Shown: in pieces, positions 47,098-58,259 of the stretch
Position numbering within the stretch: the first letter of the stretch is position 1
Layout of the letters: each line of letters opens with the position of its first letter
From: the human T2T-CHM13v2.0 reference genome, Homo sapiens
NCBI RefSeq assembly: GCF_009914755.1
Contig: NC_060942.1
Strand: one strand, 5' to 3'
DNA: 64,000 nt
The notes under the pieces: generated by a model
Seen by the model: the letters and a program-made list of their open reading frames with translations, nothing else
Told to the model about the DNA's origin: nothing
Databases searched by the model: none
Program-made: the position numbers and the translations under genes

Positions 47098-47127
47098 CCT
47101 GGCATTCCAGGTCCTGGCATTCCAGGT
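47098..47127. repeat. Perfect 15-bp tandem duplication
   Basis: cctggcattccaggt twice. Confidence 0.93.
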
Positions 47128-49101
47128 GGGTAGGCTTATCCCTCATCAAAGTCAGCGTGACCACATCTTTTCATGAGCAGAGAAAAATATGGTCATGGAG
47201 TCAATTGTAGTCTTACATGTCAAAAGGGTGCAAACGTGTTAGGCACCAAACACTGGCCTACAAAAATTTAGCAGTCTAATCTATGCCCAGAAATAACTAA
47301 AATAAGTAAAATACAATTCATTACTACCTCTCCCAGCTAAGTTGTGGATCCTTAATATATGTTTTTATAAAGTCTATATTGAACACCAATCAAAATCTTA
47401 ATATGAAATATTTGAATCTGTAAAAAATGCCCTTATTGACAAACAATAAAAAATGAACTATTTAGAAAGAGTACGAGATAAAATATAAGATTAACAGGAA
47501 GACGTGAGTACATGGTGTAAAGAGTCAGGAAAAATGGCTACCTTTCCACCAACTCACTTCCCTGTTTTCGTGCTCATTATGTTAACATTTAAATTGAATA
47601 TTTCATTTGTGCTCGACATCATTTTTAGCAGATAAACACTGGAGGAAAAAAACACCATTTAAACCACTGTTTACTCTTTGCTACCAAGGACCTCTGAAAT
47701 TACCCACTTTGAAGAATTTCTTCCACAGAAACTGACACTTTCTTGTTACTAGTTTTAATGATAATTACTCTTTTCTGATCTGACCTTGGAAGGAATCTGA
47801 GAACAGTACATAAAGCGTTTGATGTGAATCAAAGTTCTTCTAAGAAAAGAGATATTATTTTCTAAGGCACCATGGTAAAGAGTTCGTCAGTCTTCCTTGC
47901 TGATAATGCTGCTGTTCTTGGAGTAATACCTCCGAGACTGAAACTTTCGCTAAATTCTTAATATGTTACTTAAAAATGAACGGACATGATGGCAGTCATT
48001 CTGAGTGAATCTTAATGGGAAAGGTGGAAGTTTCTTGTACATTTTGCTTGTGTACTATGGCTTCAAAATATATTTCTCCCAAATAAGTTAACTTTAGCAA
48101 CCACTGGAAACTTTATCTACTAATGTTAAGAAAAAACAGGGAGCATCATATTAACACATCGAAATCAAGAGATTGACAAGTATTATCTTTTAATCCAAAT
48201 AATACTCCATTAAATCTATGCCTGCATCAATAAGTTATTCTGTACAAGTGAATACAATTTATTCTTAGAAACTGTATACACCAGCCAGCTAGCACGGTGG
48301 CTTTCTTTGCCTCTGAGAAGTCTTCTTTGCCATTTATATTTCAGTGTTGACAACGACACTTTCCTTTGGTGCAGAGTCTCAAATGCATGTTTGAAAGAGA
48401 TAGGATATAAAAAGAATTTTTTGAAAAAAAAAGAGGAAAAAAGAATCAGACCTGGCCATGTTGTTTCTGATGAGAACTACTCCTTTAATATTAGACCTCA
48501 AGTTTTACAATTACTGAAAGTTTCATGCTCTACTCTAATAAGAGCACTGATACCTCATGTTTGAGAAGAGAAAGAAAATAGCCCACTTAGAGTGGCATGA
48601 CCTGACATGTTTAATGTAGCTGTTTGAGGGCATAGTGATATGTAACTGTAGTGGGCATCAGTTTGTCTGTGAATGTCTGGGTAAACACAAATCTACTTTA
48701 AAGAGAAAAATTTTTAATATATTAATAAATTACAGAAATGTTAGTACAAATGAATGTACTTAATGCAAAACAATGTGTAAAACATGTTGATGTTTAAAAG
48801 AATCTGCATTTCTAAATTTTAAATGACCTATAAGAGGCATTATAATTTCTGTCAATTTTCAGAATTTAAAAATATTATGTTTTGTCAAAACATAATAGTC
48901 ATTTTTCAGATGGCTTGAGACTTAAATAAGTATAATTATTTCAATTATTGTATTTCCTTTTAAAAGCAAAACAGAAATGGCATCTACCTATATTTTGAAA
49001 ACCTACAAACTTATCCTCTTGTATGTTTTAAACTTATTAATGCATTCTCTAGTTTCAGGAAACAGTGTGTTTCTATGCATATGTATGTGTATACACACAC
49101 A

Positions 49102-49148
49102 TAGATAGATAGATGATAGATAGATAGATGATAGATAGATAGATAGAT

Positions 49149-49196
<48 letters not shown>
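49102..49196. repeat. Compound (TAGA)n STR
   Basis: [TAGA]3 TGA [TAGA]3 TGA [TAGA]4 TGA [TAGA]11. Confidence 0.98.
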
Positions 49197-49198
<2 letters not shown>

Positions 49199-50284
49199 GT
49201 AAATTGAGCCAAAGGCCAGGACCTACTTTATAGGATGAGAACCTATCTGTGTCACAGTTACCTTGAAGCCTCAGCCCTGTCGACATGATACCAAACATCT
49301 GGTCAGGATTCCAATGAACCAGCAAATCAGCCAGCCATCCAGATGTTTTTGATTCCTTGACAGTCAACATACAGCTGTGATATCACACAGAAACACGTTT
49401 ATCTCCTCCTTGCCAAGCCCCATTAATAGCCCAATTCTTTGGTCTACAAATTTGAGGCTCATGATACTTATTCATACAAATCCCAGGCTCCTGCATTTGC
49501 TGGAGCTGGAGTGAGGCGGGGGAGCTTCCTCCCCCGGGCCCGGCCCTGCCTCGGTGTGCTGCTGCTTTGGGGACAGAAGAACGGGGAAGGCCCTTCAGGG
49601 CACCCTGGCTTCGGGGCTGCGAGCTGCTGCCCAGCACAGAGCAGCTGGGATCGTCACTCTGAGGGGGCCGGAGAGGCCCCTCTCCTATTGCAGATGGGAG
49701 GTTTGGGCCAAAGTCCAGGAGGCTCCAAGTCCCCATGTGGGAGGCTCCGGAAAGCTGGTGGGGTGGGACAGTGGTCCTCAAAGAGCGGACTCAGGTCAAC
49801 ATTTTCAAATTGTCTAGTTTTTCCATTTAAAACTCAAATCTACCCACGGAGCCCTTTTGTCTCATGCACGAGGGTGTGGCAGCCTGGAGATGTGGCTGGA
49901 AGCCCTGGTCTCTGCCACCAAGGCCAGCTCTTCCCGCCCTCCCTCAGGTCCTGGAGCAAAGCCGATCACTGCTCACAGCACCCAATGGTGGAGCGTGGGA
50001 GGAAGTGGCGGGATGGGACATTGGGAGGTAAAATGCGTAACAGCAGGGGACCCTCGAGAGAAAAGCAAGTGAACTTGTTTCATGTAAATACACAGACTGA
50101 CTTCCACTGGAGCCATCAGAGCCAGGAGAGGACAGCCCCGGCACCGGCCACAGCTGCCCCAGCTGTTGTCATCCACATTCACGCTGGCAAACTTCCATTC
50201 CTTTTCCAGAGGCCATGGAGCAGAGGAGGCACAGCACCATGCTAGAGTCACTCACCCGCGATTCAAACAGGCCAGGGCCAGCTT

Positions 50285-50445
50285 TGTTCCATGAGTCAGT
50301 TACTTACCCTGCCGAGGCCTCAGTGTCCCATCTGTAAAGTGGGGCTAACAGAGTTCCTACAGCGGGAGAGCATTCTGTGATTCCGCGTGATGATTTAAGG
50401 GAGGCAGGGAGCACTCACTGAGCACGGGTTACGACTGTTACTAAG
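50285..50445 (+). mobile_element. MIR fragment
   Basis: agttacttacc...gcctcagtgtcccatctgtaaagtggggctaa. Confidence 0.65.
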
Positions 50446-50978
50446 CTGCATTGTTTGAAAGGCACGATGTTAGACCCTGGCACATCTGAGGTCTACATTT
50501 CCCTGTATTTCGCAGTAACACACGGCACAGACCGCGTGCCTTTCCTCCATCTGCTTACCGAGTCGGCGCGGCCACTTACCACCCATGGCAGCACATTGCA
50601 AGGTTTGTCCGTATAAAAGAAAGTGCCGGCAGATCGTGACGTGGAGGCCTCGGACCTGTACACTCTCCCGTGACTCTGCCACAGGCCAGGCTTTGCTGCG
50701 ATCACTAAAACCTGGTTCGAAATGAGCCACTTTAGCCCTCCGCATGGTGGCCTCCTAGGCATCCAGGCAGAGGGACCCTCCCCGACAGCGCTCTGGGGGT
50801 AGCCCAGGAAGGCTCAGTGCTGCGGTAATTCGGGGCCTCCAGGTCCACCTTACGCTCATCCACGGCCTTGAAGAACGGCGTGAGCTCTGCCCAGGGCAGT
50901 GGAGCAGCTTGAATGCAGCGTGTCCTCCACCTTTGCTGAATTTAGTACACACACGCATGAGGAAAGCACAATGACCTT

Positions 50979-51160
50979 TATATATATATATATATTATTA
51001 TACTTAAAGTTCTAGGGTAATGTGCACAACGTGCAGGTTTGTTAAATATGTATACATGTGCCATGTTGGTGTGCTGCACTCATTAACTCGTCATTTACAT
51101 TAGGTATTTCTCCTAATGTTATCCCTCCCCTCTCCCCCCACCCCACGACAGGCCCCGGTG
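50979..51160 (-). mobile_element. Severely 5'-truncated young L1PA (about L1PA3-5) 3' end
   Basis: ttattatacttaaagttctagggta...gtgcaggtttgtta...cccacgacaggccccggtg; tail converted to (TA)n; short TSD ccttta. Confidence 0.93.
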
Positions 51161-51201
51161 CCCTTTAAACAGAGATATAACCACAGTTGCTAGAACGACC
51201 C

Positions 51202-52185
51202 CTAGAACTGTGACCTGGGCAGAAGGAGGACCATCATGACCCCTAGAACTGTGACCTGGACAGAAGGACCATCATGACACCTAGAACTGTGACCTGGACA
51301 GAAGGACCATCATGACACCTAGAACTGTGACCTGGACAGAAGAACCATCATGACACCTAGAACTGTGACCTGGGCAGAAGGACCATCATGACACCTAGAA
51401 CTGTGACCTGGACAGAAGGACCATCATGACACCTAGAACTGTGACCTGGGCAGAAGGACCATCATGACACCTAGAACTGTGACCTGGGCAGAAGGACCAT
51501 CATGACACCTAGAACTGTGACCTGGACAGAAGGACCATCATGACACCTAGAACTGTGACCTGGACAGAAGAACCATCATGACACCTAGAACTGTGACCTG
51601 GGCAGAAGGACCATCATGACACCTAGAACTGTGACCTGGACAGAAGGACCATCATGACACCTAGAACTGTGACCTGGGCAGAAGGACCATCATGACACCT
51701 AGAACTGTGACCTGGGCAGAAGGACCATCATGACACCTAGAACTGTGACCTGGACAGAAGGACCATCACGACACCTAGAACTGTGACCTGGGCAGAAGGA
51801 CCATCATGACACCTAGAACTGTGACCTGGGCAGAAGGACCATCATGACACCTAGAACTGTGACCTGGGCAGAAGGACCATCATGACACCTAGAACTGTGA
51901 CCTGGACAGAAGGACCATCATGACCCCTACAACTGTGACCTGGGCAGAAGGACCATCATGACACCTAGAACTGTGACCTGGGCAGAAGGACCATCATGAC
52001 ACCTAGAACTGTGACCTGGACAGAAGGACCATCATGACACCTAGAACTGTGACCTGGGCAGAAGGACCATCATGACACCTAGAACTGTGACCTGGGCAGA
52101 AGGACCATCATGACCCCTACAACTGTGACCTGGGCAGAAGGACCATCACGACACCTAGAACTGTGACCTGGGCAGAAGGACCATC
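51202..52185. repeat. 38-bp VNTR, 26 units
   Basis: ctagaactgtgacctgg(g/a)cagaaggaccatcatgacac; unit starts every 38 bp from 51243 to 52155, plus a 41-bp first unit at 51202. Confidence 0.99.
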
Positions 52186-52559
52186 TGGGACCTGCAAAGA
52201 AACCAGAGCGAAGTGTGCTGGGGCTTCCGGGGTCTACGGTGGATCCAGCACGGGGCTCCACTTCCCGTGACATGGCACAGACACGCAAGTGCGTCAGCTC
52301 GGACACCATTTGTTGTGCACTCAAACTAGGCTAGATCCCATAGTCAGTAGGTAGGTGTTGAATTTTCACTCAGCAGCAAGGATTCCTCATGCCAAACTTC
52401 GGTTGTTTCTGTCACACCCCCGAGAAAGGTGTGTCATGCAGCTTCCATTGTGTTTGTGAGCCTGAAATAGTCCCTGTTCCCCAGGTGAAGTGTGAACGTT
52501 AAAGAACTACATTTGGGATGTCCCAGACACTGATTCCCTTTGAGGTTTGTACAAGTGTT

Positions 52560-52700
52560 CAATTATCTCCACGGACTCAGTTTAACTATCTATAAAATGG
52601 AGTTGATCTCATCCAACTCACAAAAAGGTGGTGTAGATTCATTTAGCTTATTTATTTATTTTTGAAAAGCACATGGCAGGTGAATAACACTACTGGAGCA
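52560..52700 (+). mobile_element. MIR fragment
   Basis: ctcagtttaactatctataaaatggag...gtggtgtagattca. Confidence 0.55.
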
Positions 52701-54065
52701 CTAAGCTTGAAGAGCGGAAGGCAAGTTGTTGGCCTAGGGTTTGCGCCTGGCTCTGAATTCCTAAGCCCCTGCTCAGTGAAGCCCTTCATGTTACTTTAAT
52801 GGAGTTGAGGTTATGTGTTTGCTTGTTTGAGTTAATTGAACCCCCATTGATAGTGAGATGCTGCTCTTATGCCAGCCCCGTGGGCAGGCCCGAGGACAGT
52901 GGAGTGGGTGGTGCCGGCCCAGCGGATGCAGGCAGAGCTTTCCAGGAGGCAGCAGGGGCTGCACTTGGTACACCCTGTGTCAGAGCATTGAGCTCGGCTA
53001 ATCCTCTCCCCTCTCGCTCCCCCTGCTGAGTTCATCATACTTCACCTGGTGTCTTCCTCCCACTCTTCTGAGTTCTGCAGACATCTTTAAGAAACTCAAT
53101 GCATGCCAATCAGTGAGCACACGTTTCCACTGTGCTCTGTGTTGCCACTGTGTTGGCAAACGGATCCAATGCCAACAGCAACCCAAAACAGCATATTTTG
53201 AAATAAAAGCAAAACTGAAAAGTATACTTTACAATGTTAATAGTTACTACAAATAATTTTCTCCAAAAAAGATTCCATTGTTTTCCTCTTGTGTAAATGC
53301 AGAATAGAAACTAAAATTAATTTTAAATACTTTAAATGCAGTTTTCAGTTAGTGATCTTTGTAAAAAAAAAGCATTTTAAGTGCTTGAGGCACTAAAAAA
53401 CCTATTATTGTGTTACTGACACCACATGTGTCTATATATGTCTGCCTGTAGCTCTAGCTTGCCAGCTGATAATGGCCGACATCTCATCTCCATGCTTTAA
53501 CGAGAAGATCAGCCCAGAAAGTATCATTCCAGGAGCACTGAAAAAAGAAGAAAAAGAGATTTTAAATGGTCTTTAGTTAGAACAGCGTTGTTTTCGTTAT
53601 ACATTCCTTTATGTTTTGTTTCCTATTTTTAAAAAATAATAATTGGTGACTACAATTCTAAAACTCAGGCATCATTAAGGGTGTGTACAATATAAAGACA
53701 AAATTAAGTTATTACACTACTAACTAGTACTATAATTATAGTAACTACATTTTTAAAATTTTAGTTTTACCATTTTCTGTTCTCATGGAAATTATGCATA
53801 GGATACAAGTTAATGTCTTCCCTATTAAAAATAAATACAATGAAAGGATATCATAGCTGTCAACAAAATGTAAAATTACTAGCTTTAGATCTCAAAAGCA
53901 AGAGTTTCCAGAGGAGGCCTGAGCTTCTGTACTTGCAGAAGGGCCTAAGAACACAGTTTTGTGATGTGCCAAATAGCACGGCAGGATTGGTCGAGCGTAA
54001 GGTTAATGGATACATCACTATCTACTGGGCAGGCCTCCAAAATATTAATTCCTTTCCAATGAAGT

Positions 54066-55165
54066 TTATAAAAGAGTCTCTGCAATCTTGTTCCTTATTT
54101 CCAATTTCTCCGCTGCCTCTCCAGTGACTATCATCACAGCTTTTGAATGCACCCCCATTGGAGGACGCTCGGTGTCTCCCTCAGTTTCCTGCCTTGCATC
54201 CAACTTCAAACAGGCAGGTTCCCTGGAGAACAAGCCCATCGCCATCAAATCCATGTCTGGGCTCTGGGTGGGGGTCAGCGGGAGCCCCACGGGCAGGGTC
54301 TCCGCCATGGCACTGGGATGCTGAAATAGCAGCATTTGACACATTTAAAACTTGCTGTTTGTGCAATCACTAAAAACTGCACCATTAGCTGGATTTTCAG
54401 ATTGCATGAGTGCAGATCATTAAGTGTTATTACAGTATTAATTATTAGAAATGTCCTGTACTGCCCAAATTAAATAGGGATAGTCAACGACCTGCGAGTT
54501 TCCAATACCATGGATAATTTAACCGGAGATCTGCTACGCTGGGTAAGGTGTCTTCATAGGCCACTCACATTATTTCACATTAAGTACCAACTGGGTATCT
54601 CAAAAGAAAATGAACAAATCAGACCCTAATATTTTCCTATGGCAACGTTGCCACAGAAACTTTTAGGGAAAAAGAAAAAGGTGAGATGAGGCAGGAACTG
54701 ATGTTGATGTTTCCATGATAACTTCATGCTGGATACAGAAAGTTGACTAATTGTGATCAGCATTTTCACAGTGAGGCACCTCTCACCATCGGAGTGATTT
54801 CACGCAATTTCTGTGTCTAATAATCTGTGTTAAGTTGATAAAAAAGAAAGTGAAATGAACATCAATATTAAGGGCCAATCCAGTCAAAATTGGATGAATA
54901 TTTTTGAAAGCACCTTTGACTAAATACACCCAGTCACTTCCAAATTGTTACAGAAACCGGGTCTGAAAATCCCATCAATCACTTCTTTGTGGTAAAGTGT
55001 GTTTTTGCAGTTGCAGGGAATGACATCCAGGTCCACGAGGAAGCTGAGAACTCCTACCCCTGGGTACAGCCCAGGCCCGGCCTTGGTGGACGAGGGCAAT
55101 GTGGCCCGCTCAGCTTCTGGTCCCCGGCTCGGAGGCCTCTTCCCTCCTCCCTGGTGCGTTTCCAT
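54066..55165 (-). CDS. Hypothetical two-exon 120-aa ORF (55165-55058 joined to 54320-54066); unvalidated
   Basis: GCCATGG Kozak start, phase-0 donor GGG|GTAGGA, acceptor tatttcag|CAT in frame with an 84-codon open stretch. No recognisable homology. Confidence 0.12.
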
Positions 55166-55171
55166 GGCAAC
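54634..55171. promoter_or_regulatory. Cluster of RFX X-box motifs
   Basis: ttcctatggcaac 54634-54646, gttgccacagaaac 54647-54660, gtttccatgataac 54709-54722, gtttccatggcaac 55158-55171. Confidence 0.55.
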
Positions 55172-57447
55172 CACCCAGCCACCTAGACACGTTCAGCTGG
55201 TGCTCCCACTGCAACCAGAGCTGGTGTCTGGGCATTTGTGCATCTTCCTAATTAAAAAGGAAAACCAAGAAAAAAATCTGTTTTTTAACAATAAGGGGGA
55301 ATTTTTTCATCAGATACATAGTATCAATGTTTATACATAATTAGATAGTTTAATGCAATAATTTAGCTCTGATGTAGATGTGTTAATGTACAAGCTACTT
55401 AACATTTTGTGGCCCAAGTTTTCATATTTGTGGAAAAAATATCTCCAACGTTCCTTCCACGGAGGGAGGCTGGCATGAGGCAAAGGGCCAGGACAAGGCT
55501 TCTAAACCTGGCTCCAGCGCTTTCAGCAGCCCGCCAGCTGTGCTCCTGGCTCCACTGCCGTTCTTACCTGTAAAATGCTCTAAGCATTAAATAAGAGCAT
55601 GGAGACAGAGCTCCCGATTGCACAGCCCTGATCAATGTAAATGCAGGGTCTTCCTTCCTCATGTGCCTTCTCTTCTCAAATGTGAAATTCAAGCCTACAG
55701 TGACCCACAGAACAGTTGAATGGCCACAGAAGTCATTCACAGCAGCTTTAATTTAACAAAGTCCTTTATGGTAAGTAACTTTCTGTCCCGAAGAACGCCA
55801 CACCTGCCTAAATGGGCCATGTCTTATCTACAAGTTAAAGCAGAAAAGGATCGGAAGCAGGCAACAATGTCAACTGGGTACAGAGGATGTGGGTTCAAAT
55901 CCAGCCTCTGCCCCATGGGGTTTTGTAAAACAAAATGGATCAAAATTAGCTCAAAGCTTTCACAACAGGGCCTGAGAGTTGTTAGCTGTCACAAATAATA
56001 GCTTCTGACAGTTCTATCTGATGATATAAATGGTATGGAAAGGTAGAAGCTTCAAGTTGGTAAACTATAAGCTCTGTTAATATTGTATCTCCCTAGAGTC
56101 TCACCATAGGAAAAGAGTCACTATTATTCCCTTGCCCCAGTAAGGAATGTTGAGGTCACAGAACTTAAACTTCTCCAAGGTCACACGTTGAAGAGCACTT
56201 GAACTTGGGCCTATGCAGTCAGAGCCAGCCTTCCTTCCATTAGTTCACAGAGGGCTTGTTTGAGGTCTCCAAAAAAAAAAAAAAGCAAAAAGTGGAAACA
56301 ATTGTAGATTTTAAGAGGAAAATGTGTTAAGGACAAAATAGCAAAAGAAGTAAATCTATGGCAATGAAAGCCTCCAGGCTGATGTTGGTTCCCTGGAGCG
56401 TGGTTTCAGTGAAATACAGGTTCATCAGCCCCAGTGGCTACATTGCAGGGAGACACCTATCAGCTTCCTACGTCTAGAAATTCATAGCCCTTTCTAAGAG
56501 CATTCAGATACGGTTTGCAAAATCTCTGTCTGGAGCATAGGCAGTATTATGCCAAGCACAGCAAGCCCCTTAAACTGCACAAACATCTTTATCCCTCCTC
56601 ACTCCTGTCTTGCCCTGATTTCAAATCTGCATCCTGCCTCAGGATCCTGGAGAGCCAATAGAAGATGCTGGGTGGTGTCCTGGGTGCTGGTGGTTGGGCA
56701 GCAGGGGGAGGCCAGGGCTGTGGGTAGTAACTGTCACGTGGCCAAACTCAGAGGGGGCAGCGTCAAAGAAGTGTGTTCCCCCCTCCCCCTCCCCATCCTT
56801 CCTTCTCCCTCCCTGCTCTGCAGCACCCAGTATGTGGGGTTACATGGAGAGGAAAAGATGAGATGGAGAGGAGGAAGAAATGCTGCAGGAACACAAAGGA
56901 GATGTGTTGTGGGCTCAACAGACAATGGCTCTGAGAAGAGCAGGGGACAGCTGCACCTGTGGGTGCTCAGGGCCCCCAGAGCCTGTTAGACCCAGGCAGC
57001 CCCAGACCCCTGCTCCAGGGATCCATGGCACGTTGCTTGGCTGAAGAGCTCTAACAGCTAAAAAGAGCCGAGGCAGCCTGACCAGGAGGTTCAGTCTTAC
57101 TGCATCCATTGGCCTCTTCTTAAGTTTGGTTGCTCACACGCTGTTGTTAGAATTTTAATAATACAGGGTGTGTGATGGGTTCAGATACTTTGGTCTGATC
57201 CAATTCAATCCACCCTTAGTTGGACAGAAATTAAACACATTTTCTATAATTTTTAAATTTTTTTTATCAAGGGAAGACATGCTATCTTAATACCTTCACC
57301 ACAATGTTTGCACTATCATCCTTTCTATCAAACCAAAACTTTTTAGAAACGTAGTCTTCATGTTTTTTCAGTTGCACAATTCCAGACAACAGAACAAAAT
57401 CCAATGTGCTGCTCAGAAGGTAGCCGGGCAGAAAACCACCTCCTGCT

Positions 57448-57518
57448 GCAGGAAGGCAGGAGCTGCAGGAAGGCAGGAGCGGCAGGAAGGCAGGAGCGGC
57501 AGGAAGGCAGGAGCGGCA
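57448..57518. repeat. 17-bp minisatellite, 4 copies
   Basis: gcaggaaggcaggagc(t/g) four times. Confidence 0.96.
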
Positions 57519-58259
57519 AACAGTGGGTTTTCCTTCCTCAGTCTATTCAACGCCATGAGGTGGGAACGCCACAGCCCACACAGGCAATTTAAAAGCAAAC
57601 ACTGTCAAGCACTGTCAGTTTCTTTCTGTTATTTCAAAAGATGGAGAAGAAATTAAACATAAAAACTTGTTAAAGCAAAGTTCAGATTACAAATTTAAGC
57701 ACAAAATGTCAGTAAATGCAAATGCCAATGATCTCACTGTAACATTAACTTAAACACATTTCACATCCTGGGCACGTTAACTGTAGGTCTGAAAGGTCTA
57801 ATTAGAAACTTAAGGTATTATGGGCGATAGGGATGAATTCTTTTATTCTGAGTGCATGCATTTCTTACAGCTTTACGCCTTTAAGTAGTAAGCACCTTGA
57901 AAGCAGGGATTTTCCTTCCATTCATCCTGTGTCGTGTCAACCAAAACTTGTTGATGCAACAAAAATAAAGAACTCTAGGAAAATATTCCCTTTACATCCC
58001 ATTCCTGGGCAGATTGAGGAGCCAGAAGCAGTACAGTCTTGTATTCTATCAGGGATCAGGTGCTGTTTGACTCACAGTGCGTTCACCCATCTCACTCTGA
58101 CAGCTAACGGCTCCACAATGTCTCTGCCTCTGCAGGCACTGAGTAGACTCTCCTGTATTATATTTAAAAATATTTTCCTAAAAACTATTTTAGCTTCAGT
58201 TTGAGCTCCTCTTTTTTAAAAGTTATTTCTTATTTTGATTTTTTTAGGAGAAAAAAATT

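Noticed and set aside
49439-50245. Longest ORF (268 aa, +)
   Set aside because: Non-ATG start, G/P/S/A-rich composition typical of stop-poor GC-rich DNA, several overlapping ORFs in other frames, no recognisable domain.
51202-52185. CRISPR-like array (repeat length in the CRISPR range)
   Set aside because: Units are head-to-tail with no unique spacers, there are no cas genes, and the context is primate DNA; it is a minisatellite.
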